Below the pieces are notes generated by a model. It saw nothing but the letters and a program-made list of their open reading frames with translations. It searched no databases and was not told the DNA's origin. A DNA stretch of 64,000 nucleotides, taken from Felis catus. Taxonomy: Eukaryota. A program made the position numbers and the translations under genes. This document shows positions 12,550-24,735 of this stretch, piece after piece (within the stretch, counting starts at the first letter, position 1; every line of letters starts with the position of its first letter). Where the stretch lies: positions 94,304,001 through 94,368,000 of the forward strand of contig NC_058368.1 in the NCBI RefSeq assembly GCF_018350175.1, written 5' to 3'.

Positions 12550-14088
12550 CAAGTAGGGGAGGGGGAGAGAGGGAGACACAAAATCTGAAGCAGGCCCCAG
12601 GCTCTGAGCTGTCAGCACAGAGCCTGATGCGGGGCTCAAACTCATGAACCACGAGACCCTCAACTGACTGAACCACCTAGGCGCCCTTGCCACCTTTTCT
12701 GAAATCTTTTCTACCTTCCATTTTTTTCTTTGTTTAAAAAATTGGTTTTTGCCTTCTACTTTTCCTAAAGCATTATCTGTTATTTGCTTTTATGTTTCTT
12801 CTACTTAAATCTCCATTTCTGAAATAACTTTTATTTATAAATCTTTTCCTTAGCTCTGTCACTTCACTTGAGTTTTACTGATGCTGATTATGGTTTTCTT
12901 AATGTCTTTTAGCTCGTTTTGAAATAAGTTAGTTATTGACTTCTATCACAGGCACATCTTTCTGGCATGCCTTGGTCTTCAGGAATGTCATTATTTTCTT
13001 GTAACATTGTATGGGACTTGAGCTTTGTACTTCTCTATTGCTTACTTTTATATATAATTTGTTTTCTTCAACTTTGAGCTTTCCACTGTTCCTCTCCACT
13101 TTGATCTGGTCTTTCTCTCTTCTCTCAGGTTGTTACCCTGCTCAATTTTGTTTCACTTCCAGAAGCTCTTCCTCAGTAGAGGAGCCCCACTGAGTCTGTT
13201 TTGACAGCCCTTTGGAGCTAGACTGTTCCAGCCCCTTCAGTCCTCCTTAGCACTGATACATATGTAATCACCTGCTACTGGAGAGGACTCTCCCAGGTTC
13301 AGCTACCATTCTTAAACTGACCTGCTCCACTTTCTAGGGGATACTTGTTGGCTATTTTCAGGTTCTCCTTTTCCCAGTGCTGTCAGATACCAATCTGTTG
13401 CTTCCATGCTTCTCCCGGCATATTTGCTGATACCATGCATTTTAGGGTTCATAAGGATACTCTGTCATCCAGTTTTTTTTTTTAATGTTTAAAAATGTTT
13501 TTATTTTTGAGAGAGAGAGCGAGCAAGCATGAATGGGGGAAGGGCAGAAAGAGAGGGAGACACAAAATCCGAAGCAGGGTCCAGGCTCTGAGCTGTCAGC
13601 ACGGAGCCTGACATGGGGTTCGAACTCACGAACCGTGAGATCAAGATCTGAGCTGAAGTCAGATGCTCAACCAACTAAGCCACCTAAGCATCCCCAATTT
13701 TTTTTTTTTTTTTTACTGTTTGTTTATTTTTGAGAGAGAGAGGCAGGCAGAGCATGAGTCAGGGAGGGACAGACCTGAGCTGAAGTTGGAAACTTGACCG
13801 ACTAAGCCACCCAGGTGCCCGTCATCCAATTTTGTTATAAATACTGATCAACATTTTTTGGTTTTGGTATCTAGTCGACTCTGTTTTTGTGGGAATTTGG
13901 AAACTTGATGACACCTCTGACACCACTTTGCTTAAAATAACATCCATTTTACTTAAAATAATGTGGGGTACACCCGGATGAAAGTCAGACGTGAGTTCTA
14001 CTTTAATTGAGGAAAGTGACAAAATGATTCTACTTTTTTTTTCCTACTGCTGAAATGGGAAGAACTAATCAGATTCACTACAAAGGTT

Positions 14089-14167
14089 TAAAGTCGAACC
14101 ATATGAAACTGCTATTTTTACATGTTACAGTGGTTGACTGATGACAATTTTATGTGGTTCAACCTAA
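14089..14167. mobile_element. MADE2-like mariner MITE (about 80 bp)
   Basis: TIRs ...GAACCATATGAAACTG and CAATTTTATGTGGTTCAACCTAA followed by TA; resembles the recalled MADE2 consensus. Confidence 0.75.
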
Positions 14168-15437
14168 TACATACTGATATCTATCAGGTCCTTTCAGATT
14201 ACTGGATATAGGCAATACAAAGAGTCAAGAGTCTAACATTAACATAGAACACAGCACCATTTCATTTTGTATTCATTAATTTCTAATAGTAATGCCTTAT
14301 TTGGTACTCCTCTGGGTTTCTATTTCACCATCCCTTCAGGCTGCACCCTTAGTAGAGACAGCCTCTGCTCATTTCTTTTAAGTATTAGGTCCTCATTCCC
14401 CTAATTTTTCCATTTAGACTTGGAGTCTAGGCAAGGTCCTCTGCTACCATATGCATGTGGATGACACTATAATCTTGTGCCCATCTCTGGCACTTATTTA
14501 ATTAAATTCTATATGGCATTCTTATAAAACAGATGCTTTACGCACTCTCATTGGTCACAAAGGCAACTTCCTCTGGAAGAATCCTTGGTTTTATGTTATT
14601 CCTGTCTCAAATAACTTCTAGTGATTGACCTACCTTGCACTAACTTTTGTGCCTATAAACCTTTCATGAGAGCCACTTCTAGCCAAACTCTTAGATCTGT
14701 TTCTTCCTCTTTAATGGCAGAAATATATTCCAACACATTCCACTTTAGTAAATTAATTCACTCATCTTACGCATTCTCACTCCTAAGTTTACAAGCAACT
14801 CTATCCCTCCCCAACACTAATACATACAAACTCTTAATCTGTATTTTAAAAATACTTAGTGATTCTTCAATTACCTATCCACTCATACACTATCTGTATT
14901 AATACTAAGATTGTGATATGCAGATAAAGGGATCTTATACACTACTATGTGACAAAACAATACCAGATGCCTGGAGACATTTAAATTTCTGTAGTCAAAT
15001 ACTAAGTTAAAAACCAGTGGCATTTAAAATATTAATCCTTACAAATGCTACCACAAAGTACTGTATTATGAAATAGGTATCTTAGTTCTTCGATGATATG
15101 TGGCAAAAATATATTGCTTACCTCAAGAATACTGGGAAGAAAGGAACATTGATAACAAAATAAATTAAAAAAAAAAAACCCAGAATTTTTCTGTACTAAT
15201 GTTCTATGAAAGATCTTTCTGCATGGGCATTCAGTGACTGAGAAAAACCACCAATATAGTAGGTACAAAAGTGGTTCACAATGTAAAGGCAAATCTAAAA
15301 TTCATTTCATTTTGGGGTTCCCCAGAGAATTTAATAAAGTACAGAAATTCCACCAACATCTCAGTATACAACAATTATTTGTGCTTGCCTAGGAACTAAT
15401 GTGAATTTGTGTAGGCAAATGATCACTGTTGCTTTCA

Positions 15438-15605
<168 letters not shown>

Positions 15606-17602
15606 TTATACTGAGCATCCAAAGAGAATGTGATATAAAAGACTTCAGAAAACTTAAACCTTTAATCTACACACGTTTGTGTATTTATGATACTGGAGGG
15701 ATGTCCAAGATGTAGAAATGTTAGGCGATATTCTTTTTCATCATACTTTTGTGGATTCTTTTCCGTGATTCTACAGTCCCACAAAGGTTTCCCCATGAAA
15801 CTGACCTTTAAAATGTATTTGGACACAACGGGCAATTCCAAAGAGAATAAATGTAAATATTTGGTCAATAAAGATATGAAAAAAATCTTTATGATAAGGT
15901 CATGACCTTTTTCATCAACCAAACTAGTAAAATTACAGTAACTGTGTAGACATTATTACTGTTGGGAAAACAAAATGGTACATACACCTTTTCTGGAAAG
16001 TATTATGGTAATACAAATCAAAGTGCTTAAGATATGTTTTGACTCAGCAAAACTTCTAGGAAATCTAATCTAAGAAAATATAAGATGTGAAAAGAGTCAT
16101 TTAGAAGGATTTCACCTTTGCTGAAGAATTCATTTTTATAGAAACAAACAAAAAAACCTGGTAAACCTAAATATGTAGCAAGGATATTTAGAAGAGATTG
16201 GCTAAATAAAGGATATTACACTCTGATAAAATTTAAATAATATAGTAAAGGATACACATTCTCAACTCCTTGGATGCAAAATCCTGGCTCTGCTACTTGC
16301 TAGGTATATATATATCTGGATAAGCTTTTATTTATTTATTTATTTTGAGAGAGAGAGAAGGTGAGAGAGAGAGAACACACAGGGAAGGGGCAGAGACTGA
16401 GAGGGAGAGAGAGAATCCAAGGCAGGCACCACACTGTCAACACAGAGCCTGACACAGGGCTTGAACCCACAAACTGTGAGATCATTACCTGAGCTGAGAT
16501 CAAGAGTCAGACGCTCAATCTACTGAGTCACTCGGGCACCCCATGGATAAGCTTTTTAATCTCTCTGTGCCACAGTTTCTCCATTTGTAAAACGATATCA
16601 TCATCTACCTCATAAGGTTGGCAGGATTAGATGAGTTAATATGTGTAAAGTACTCAGAGCAATATCAGCTCATACTTACTGAACCTTAGGCTTAAGCAGC
16701 CATTTGAGAAACATATTATAAAAGCATATTTAACAGTATGACTTATCAAAATGCACTAAATATAAAACAGCATGTATAATAGGATATTGATTTCATTAAA
16801 ACCATCACACATATTCACGTAAATGTGAAATATGCACCAAAATGCTACTTCTCAGTAGTGACATTATAGACGATCATTTGATTTGATTTGTGCTTTTTGT
16901 AACCACCAACTTTTCCACAATAAACTTAATAAAGGAAAGTAATAGTATTAAAACGAAAGTACTAGATAATTTCAGAGAGAGAAATCGTTTCAATAATCCA
17001 AAACACAACAGTGCCAATAATGCAAAGACTATGAACCTTTTTCCTAAAGTTACTTTGCTTACAACAAAAAAACAAAACACAAACAAAACCCAGACATCTA
17101 CAATCAAAAGTAACACTGGAAGCAAAGTAGTGTACTGCTGCCCCCTAAAGTTAGCTCTCTTCTATTACATCCTTCTTGTCTCATTCTTTGGTATTAAAAA
17201 TGGATGGAGATTTCCGCCAGGTCACTGAAATCAATTTCTCAAGCTTACCCCTGGAATGAAGGCACCTAGAACACAGAACACATACAACTTATCTTCCTGA
17301 TAAAGTTTATCTTCCTTTTTCCATATAATAATTATGGCTTCAGTTACCTAAATAGGGATGAATTGGGAGGTAACAGAAGATTTTGGTGGATTCACCTTCC
17401 ACACCTCCCCTAATTCTGTGGGGACTATCAATAACTCAGTTGTAATTGGGAATTTCAGTAAAGTGAAGCAGAAAATATTGTGAGTTACATATGCTGCTGA
17501 AGGAACAAGAGTGGGAGGGCAAGAAGCTAGAGAAGGGAAAGTTACTTATTGTAGTTATATCTTAACTTTTTCTTTTTTAAAATTCTAAATGTGACTTGCC
17601 TA

Positions 17603-17745
17603 CAGTTCTCAACCCTAGCTATATATTAGAATCAACTAGGAGAACATTTACAAGAATACAGGTATCTAATATCAATTAAATGAGAATCTTTTGAAAGCAG
17701 GACATTGGTATGTTCAAAAGCTCTCCCAGGACATCCTAATGAGTT
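17603..17745. mobile_element. MER5-like hAT-Charlie MITE remnant
   Basis: cagttctcaaccctagct...ttagaatcaactagga...aaaagctctcccagg resembles MER5. Confidence 0.65.
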
Positions 17746-17993
17746 CCTTGGTGAGCTTCAAGAATCTTTATTCTTCTGTAGATTGAAACAAAGTGGATCA
17801 TATGAAATACTGAAGCTTCTTTCACCAGAAGAGATCCTCAAAAAAAGGACAACTTCAGGGTAGAAATTCAACAGCTAGCAGCTAAGTTTTACATCACAGA
17901 GGCAAACTCCAATGTTTCCAAGAGCCAGAAAATGAAAATAGGATCTTCCAAAGGTGGTTTAAAGAAAAACAAAACAAAACAAAAACCACCCTT

Positions 17994-18213
17994 GGGGCGC
18001 CTGGGTGGCGCAGTGGGTTAAGCGTCCGACTTCAGCCAGGTCACGATCTCGCGCGGTCCGTGAGTTCGAGCCCCGCGTCGGGCTCTGGGCTGATGGCTCA
18101 GAGCCTGGAGCCTGTTTCCGATTCTGTGTCTCCCTCTCTCTCTGCCCCTCCCCCGTTCATGCTCTGTCTCTCTCTGTCCCAAAAATAAATAAACGTTGAA
18201 AAAAAAATTAAAA
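17994..18213 (+). mobile_element. Young felid SINE (SINEC_Fc-like) in ATG12 intron 1
   Basis: Near-identical to the copies at 8626, 29216, 37114 and 62798; CpGs intact. Confidence 0.95.
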
Positions 18214-19516
18214 AACAAACAAACAAAACAAAAACAACCCACCCAACTACGTAGACCAAAGAAAACATGCCATATAACCCCGAGTCCATATCTGGGTTAT
18301 GAGCCATTGTTTTTTCGTCTCTGTTTTACTCAGCTATCTTCAGGATCAAGTAGTAAGCTTTTGACTAAGGTTGTTAAAGCCAAAACACAAAAGAACCTTT
18401 GAAAAGTCTGTTCCTGCTTACAGTAAAAATGAAGGAAAAAAAATAGCAAGAATCCATAAAAACCACGGAATTCTTCAGAAATAAAGATTCTAGCGGTAAT
18501 CTACACAAACAATCTTAGGTTTCTGTTTCTCTGCTAACGTATCATGCGGAAATAACAGAACAAGTTTTCCGCAAATGTAAAGGCGATCTGACTTAAAAGG
18601 GAGACAGTGCTGGGAGAGTCAATTCTCCAAAAGCAACAGCAACTGAATGAAGTTCTATTGAGAGGCTGTGAGATCAGGAAGTAGAAAACATACCATACCC
18701 ATATTTAAAATTCTGGAGTGAGAAAAACGGTCTGAGGACCAGGGTCAAACGATCCGAATCGTAATTGCTGATTTCAGTCCTTTTTCATCTGCAACTCTAC
18801 ATACAGTGCTCGAGGACAAGTGATTTCGTTAGGATTTTCCGTATTTTACAATGACAAACCAATTCTCAAGCAATGAAGGGTTGAGGGTTCAAGCAATGAA
18901 ATGACTCGCTTATAAAGGTTCCAAAATGGGCTGGAGGGGGGGGGGGAGGCGGGGGAGGCGATGCTTATGCCTTTGGTTTTCTTTGAACATTCTTTATCCT
19001 TGATCAAATTTTAGTTTTTTGGTACAAGGAGTGAATTCGCGCGCCGTTGGTACAAAAAATAGCGAACCGGCCGGAAGGCGTGGATTCGAATCCAGGCTTG
19101 CTACCGACCATCCCTATCACCGTCCATTCCTATCACCATAAGTCGTTAATCAAATAATTAGGTCCCATACATACTAAGAGCCTGGAGCCACCGAGATCCC
19201 ACTCGGCTCCCATCTTCAACGACCTCGCAGTCTGGACAACTGAAAGGAAGAGTCGAAGGCAGTGTAGTAAGTACCGTGGCAGCCAAGAACCGGTACCACA
19301 CTGCTAAGGTGCGTCCAGAGATGGCTTTCTAGAGAAGGACTCGACTCAAAGGTCTCGAAAGCCGAAAACGACACTTCCTCTCTCCTGACAGGTCAAAAGC
19401 CACGCCTGGGACCAGCCCTCCTCTAAATTTTGCTTCTTTATTGGCCGCCAGGGACCTAGTCGGACGCACTCTAAGCCTCCCGCCACTGCCTAGAAAGAAA
19501 CTGCTCTCAAAATTAC

Positions 19517-19679
19517 TTTTTTTCTTGGTGTCGCCGGCAGGTTCCTCTGTTCCCGGGGAGACTGCAGCGGAAGAAGGAGGCTCCGGAGTGGCTGTTTCTG
19601 GGGAGACCTCCGTAGGTCCTTCGCCATCAGTAGTACTTGAAGGAGGGAGCTGCAGCGCAGACTCCGGCTCCTCAGCCAT
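19517..19679 (-). CDS. ATG12: ATG12 coding exon 1 (163 nt, [13 protein letters not shown]...AGDTKKK)
   Basis: Translation matches the mammalian ATG12 N-terminus ([29 protein letters not shown]). Good Kozak context AAGATGG; GT donor at 19516-19515; phase 1 joins exon 2 in frame. Confidence 0.98.
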
Positions 19680-20165
19680 CTTGCTCAGTGGAAGGCGAGG
19701 GCGGAAGTGGTGGCTCAGCGCGTGCAGTGGGCGGGCTTTACGCCGAGGGCGTCGCTATGGAGGCGCCAGAGTAGGCGGGGACGACCCAACCCAACGGGGT
19801 TAGTTGGAGTTGCCGGTTGGTCCTCTATGTGGAACCTGTCGCAGAGCCCTGACTCTTAATACCGCAACTACGGTTTTCGCACAGCAACAGCCCCCGGAAG
19901 GAGTCACTGAACCACGTACCCGCGCCCCGCCAAGCGCGCAAGCGCCTGTCCGACACGCGGGCTCGGGGCTGGAGATGTTTCCGCTTCCCTTCACGCCGGC
20001 CCCGCCCCGGCCCCGCCCAGACCCCGCCCCGCGGCTCGGGAGCGCGCGCGCGCGCGTGCGGGAGGGGGCGGGTGGGGAAGGATCGCCGGCGAGATCCCGA
20101 GGCGAGGCTCGCGCGCCCGCCCCCGCCCTGGCCCCCAGCGCCCACCCGGTCTGCCCGGCTCAGCC
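19680..20165. promoter_or_regulatory. TATA-less bidirectional promoter shared by ATG12 and AP3S1
   Basis: Divergent ATGs 486 bp apart. ETS/GABP-type GCGGAAGTG (19701) and CCGGAAG (19894); NRF1-like GCGCAAGCGC (19936); several GC boxes at 20000-20075; YY1-like CAAGATGGC over the ATG12 start. Confidence 0.88.
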
Positions 20166-20234
20166 ATGATCAAGGCGATCCTCATCTTCAACAACCACGG
20201 GAAGCCGCGGCTCTCCAAGTTCTACCAGCCCTAC
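20166..20234 (+). CDS. AP3S1: AP3S1 (AP-3 complex subunit sigma-1) coding exon 1, MIKAILIFNNHGKPRLSKFYQPY
   Basis: Matches the sigma-3A N-terminus; Kozak GCCATGA; donor GTGAGT at 20235; head-to-head with ATG12 as in human. Confidence 0.98.
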
Positions 20235-22324
20235 GTGAGTATCCCGCCGCCGCCGATCCGCGAGAGGGGGGAGTCGTTGGCGGCTGGCAGCGCCCTCAGG
20301 GCGACCCCCTCAGGCGCGCCTCGGCCCGTCGCGCGCCCCGGCCGCCTCGCGCTTCCCGGGCTGTCAGCTTCCCGCCGGGCGTGAGCTAGGTGCTCACCTC
20401 CCTCCGCGCTCCCGTGCTCCGACGGGGCTCTGCCCAGGCGGCTCCTCCGCCCGTCTGTGGGCTGGGTGTCTCCCCGGCGGCGCGGGCGAGGCCCGGGGGA
20501 CTGCCCGGCGCGGGGCCCTCGGCGGTGGGGCGGCCGCAGCCCACCTGTGCCCTCGAGCCCACCCGGCGGAGCCCCGGCCTTCCTGCCGCCCGCGGCTTCT
20601 GTGCGCGCCGAGCCCCACCTCCCCGACTCGCAGCCTTTCCTGGTCGACTTCTTTCTCTCCTCCTGTGCACAGAGAGGCTTCTGTTTCCCCCCCGTAATCC
20701 TCTGGTCGCGCAGGAACTTGGGCTTCCTGCGATCAGCCGGGCGCTCGCTCTGTGCGGTCTCTCCCTTGTGTTGCCATACAGCCAACGGCCGCCCGGTGTG
20801 ACTTTCAGGTGTCTCCTTATTAAAGAAGAGAAGGGAAGTGAGGACCTAACCTTTCGCTCGGGCTTCTCCCCTAGTGGCTGTAAATTAGGTCCTGCAATAA
20901 CCGGCGACGTTTGGCCGCTGAGAACGGTTGAGTCTCTCTAGCTGAAAGTTACGATGTCAGCCTGCTGGTCTGGCAGTTCCCGGCCGAAGGGAATTTGCCC
21001 TCGTTTGTAGCTTTTCTCCCATTTAGGAGGAATAGTCATATTCCTGAAACTCTTTGACAAGTGTAAATGTTGTTGAAGAAAACGCAGGAGGTTTTAAAGG
21101 AGTAAGGATAAGTAATTTATCAATGATTGAGGAAGGGTTACAGACATATGTGCCCATCTGGGGGCAAAATTCACCCCCAGGTAAAACATAACATTGAGCT
21201 GTCAGGGTAAGGATTAATGCAGGGGTACACCTATTGGGGCGCTTTGCTTATAGTCAGAAATGGACTTTCAACTAAAGATTGAACTTGTGCCAAGGCTAAC
21301 ACTTCTCTGCAGATAAAGCCCAGATGGAAAGGATTGCTGCCGTTAAAAATTAAATGTGAAAATGTCACTTTGCTGAAAATGATAATGCAGTCTGTGGAGG
21401 TGTTAGTCGAAGTGAGAAATCTTGAGCTTATTCCTCATTTTCTTAAGTGGTTTTGCTTTTGCTAGCGAGAAAGAATATTTTCTCCTTTTCCTGTTTGGTT
21501 TTAGTGTAGTATAATTCAAATACTCGTGCTCTAGTCGCGAACTCAACATTGTTTGTTAACCCAGAATAAAATGGTAGTCGATCCTTCTGACTGGGGGAAA
21601 AAAAAATGCCCTTAACTTTACATTGTTACCCATCTTTTTCTTAACCATATTGCGTTGGCTGTCCATTTGCAGCATAGAAAAGCTACGTTGCAATAGAGAA
21701 ACAGAAATCAAAGATGTGTTTTTTTCATACTTACACTTAATAATCATTATTCAAAACAGTTAGGTTTCTTGCACATCCGTAATGTCAGTGTAACCACTCA
21801 TGTGGTGCAGTATTTAAGCATCTGCAGAAAAATGTATTTAATTTGGAAATCCAAGAATGCATGTTTCTCTGATCCAAAAATGGATCAGAAATACTTTTTG
21901 CTTTTGCTTAGGGGTAACAGTGAAGGTTAATGTGGGAAGAGACACTTCTGGCAGCAGTGGCAACTCTGGTGCCATTTTTGGCCATTGCATTAGTGACAGT
22001 GTTCCTAGGGGAAGGGAGCTAAGAGGTGTGCACAGAAGAGCCTAGCGCTCGCTGGACATGTAGAAGTGGGGATGCCAGGAGCTGCTTCTGTGCATCAGTC
22101 TTTTAGAAATTGGGTTCTGCCAACTATGTTTTTGTCTTTCAAGAATAATGTAACATGGGGGCACCTGGGCAGCTCAGTCAGTTAAGCGTGTGGCTTCAGC
22201 CCAGGTCATGATCTCGTGGTCAGCAGATTCGAGCCCGTGTCAGGCTCTGTGCTGGCAGCTCAGAGCCTGGATGGAGCCTGCTTTGGATTCTGTGTCTCCG
22301 TCTCTATCCCTCCCCCACTTGTGT

Positions 22325-22367
<43 letters not shown>

Positions 22368-24704
22368 AATAAACATTAAAAAAGAAAAGAATGATGTAAC
22401 ATAATTATTTGCTTCTACTAGATCATAACCTGTTTGAGGGCAGAAATCTTTTTTATGCGTTTATTCCATTAGCCAGTTTGTCAGCACATATTCATTTCAT
22501 GCCTACCGTGTCCAGGTGGTGTTTTAAAATCTGGAAATGAACAACTTCTCTTTTGGCAGGGGGCGGACAAAGCCAATACATAGAGTACATACTGTGTCAG
22601 ATGGTAGTAAGTGCTGTGGAAAAAATAAAGCAGGGAAGGGTGATAGGGGTGATAGGGAACACAAGGATGACTGTTTAAAATAGGGTAGTTGTGGAACTTC
22701 TCACTGGGAGGGTGATGTTTGAGCAAAGCCTTGAAGGAGTTAAGAAGGCCAGCCTTGTGGGTATCTGAGGGAACATCATTCCTGGCAGAGGAAGCAGCAG
22801 ATGCAAAGGCCCTGAGGATGGAATGCCTATTTGAAGATCCAGAACACCAAGAAAACGGGTGTGGCCCAAGCAGACTGTGCAAGGAAAGAGTCCTTGGAAA
22901 CAAGGTGTATTTTTGTAGGGCTTCCGAGTTTATTCTTTTCTCACTGCCTGGAATGTCCTTCTCTTCTATTGCCAGATGTCCAGACTTGACCTCTTATTCC
23001 CCATTTAACTCAAACATCACTTAAACATTTCCTGAACCTTTTTTATCTTGCTGGATGACTCCGCGTGGTTCTTAGGATTTTATTTTTATCTTAATGGTAT
23101 AATATTTAGTTTCACAGCCTGTAATTCCTTGGAGGCATCCTATAGGTTCCTTGAGAGAAGGGATCAGGTTTGAGATATGTGTCACCCCCAGCAATCACCA
23201 CTGAATTTTGAATATAGAAAGTTCTCAAAAATCTTTGTTTAACGGATTCATTAGATTCCCCTAGCTTAATATGGAGTCTGGATTAGAAGTGACTTCCTAG
23301 GGCTCCTTCCGATTTTTAACGTTTTGTCCTTCATTGACTAGAGGTTTTAAGAATTCATGCCTTCAGGGCCACCTGGGTGACTCCTTTAAGCCTCTGACTT
23401 TGGCTCTGGTCATGATCTCACAGTTCGGGAGTTTGAGCCCTACGTTGGACTCTGTGTTGACAGCTCAGAGTCCGGAGCCTGCTTTGGATTCTGTGTCTCC
23501 CTCTCTCCCTGTCCCTTCCCCACTCGTGCTCTGTATCTCTCTCTCAAAAATAAATAAGCATTAAAAAAAAAAAAAACGAAAAGAATTCATGCCTTCAGGA
23601 TAAAAGCAATGGTGGAATAGCTGTTACTTAAACTATTTCTGTTTTAAGTTGAAGAAGTTTCTGAGAAGTGTATATTCAATAAGATTGACAGTTTTGAGTT
23701 TAATTTATTAAGCAGTACCTACGAGTGTGGTCCTGATAAGATGCAGAGATTTGAGTCCAACAGTAAAGGGGTTTAGCAGTGAGCAGTTTGAAAACTGTTG
23801 AACCATTTGCCAACCAGTTTCCCTTACTGCACTGAATTTCCATTCCCTGTTTATCGTTTCTCATGATACAACAATTTATTTGTTCATCTTTACCCTTTAG
23901 TAGTGCAGACTTCCGTTTCCTGCTGTAGTAGATTTTTAGATTTGATTGTTCCTTCACAGTGCTGTGAGGTTTGATGTATATGAAGTCACACACCTGTTTT
24001 GCTAAACTGAAGTTTTTGATTCATTCTGCTGGAGTCACATATTAAGAATTCAAGGGTGGACTCAGAATAGCATCATTTCTTGTTTTTGCCCTCTGTATCC
24101 TTGAGCTATGACTGCAGAAGTTCAAACGTTTTCCTTGGTTTAATTGTTTCTTTAATTGATGTTTAGCCCCAGCAACTTGGCAACAATAAACTTTAGTCTT
24201 TTAATATTTGCCTGGCGGTATTTGTGTATTACTATAAAGGACTAATGGGATGTATAGTTCATAAGCCAGATATATTTTTACATAGCCATCAAACAAATAA
24301 AACCCTTGGGTTTTCATTCCTGTGTTATTAATAAACCCTGACATATCGCTTTAAGTAAAGTAAAAGTGGGGTTTTTTTGGTATGAATTATAGTGGTTGTT
24401 TCCGCAGATACAAAAGATTGTGCATGTAGAGCATGCACTGTTCATACTGAGTTACAAACTGTTGTGTAGGTGAGTTGCCTCAATTGTCATATGAACTAAA
24501 TCTGATTATTATTGTTTGTCAACTAAATGCAGGCCCTAGAAGGAACCTAAGATTGTTCTTTCCTTTGTTGAATTGGTTTACATGAAAAGTAAAAATTATA
24601 AGTATGTGTAAATTTTTCTGTTTAAATTTTTTAGAAAATATTTATTTATTTTTGAGAGAGAGCACACAAGGGTGTGTGTCAGCACACATGCACGAGTGCG
24701 GTAC

Positions 24705-24735
<31 letters not shown>

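Larger units (their letters stand above)
19030..20990. promoter_or_regulatory. CpG island spanning the first exons of ATG12 and AP3S1
   Basis: Sharp rise in GC and CpG content relative to the AT-rich flanks; boundaries approximate. Confidence 0.9.

Noticed and set aside
18694..18712. Possible minus-strand micro-exon (ctccag acceptor, ATG|GTATGT donor)
   Set aside because: Only 14-19 nt long; such site pairs arise by chance and there is no other support.
19040..19110. Possible tRNA gene
   Set aside because: A B-box-like motif is present, but there is no acceptor stem, D-arm or A-box.
19441..20941. Many long overlapping ORFs (100-184 aa) around the promoter
   Set aside because: Expected from stop-codon scarcity in a CpG island. 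They are Pro/Arg/Gly/Ala-rich with no recognisable domain; only the ATG12 and AP3S1 first exons are supported.
21868..21889. Perfect 9-bp hairpin TCTGATCCA-AAAA-TGGATCAGA (and a 10-bp-arm palindrome at 3060-3081)
   Set aside because: Too short for a pre-miRNA, and a few such stems are expected by chance in 64 kb of AT-rich DNA.
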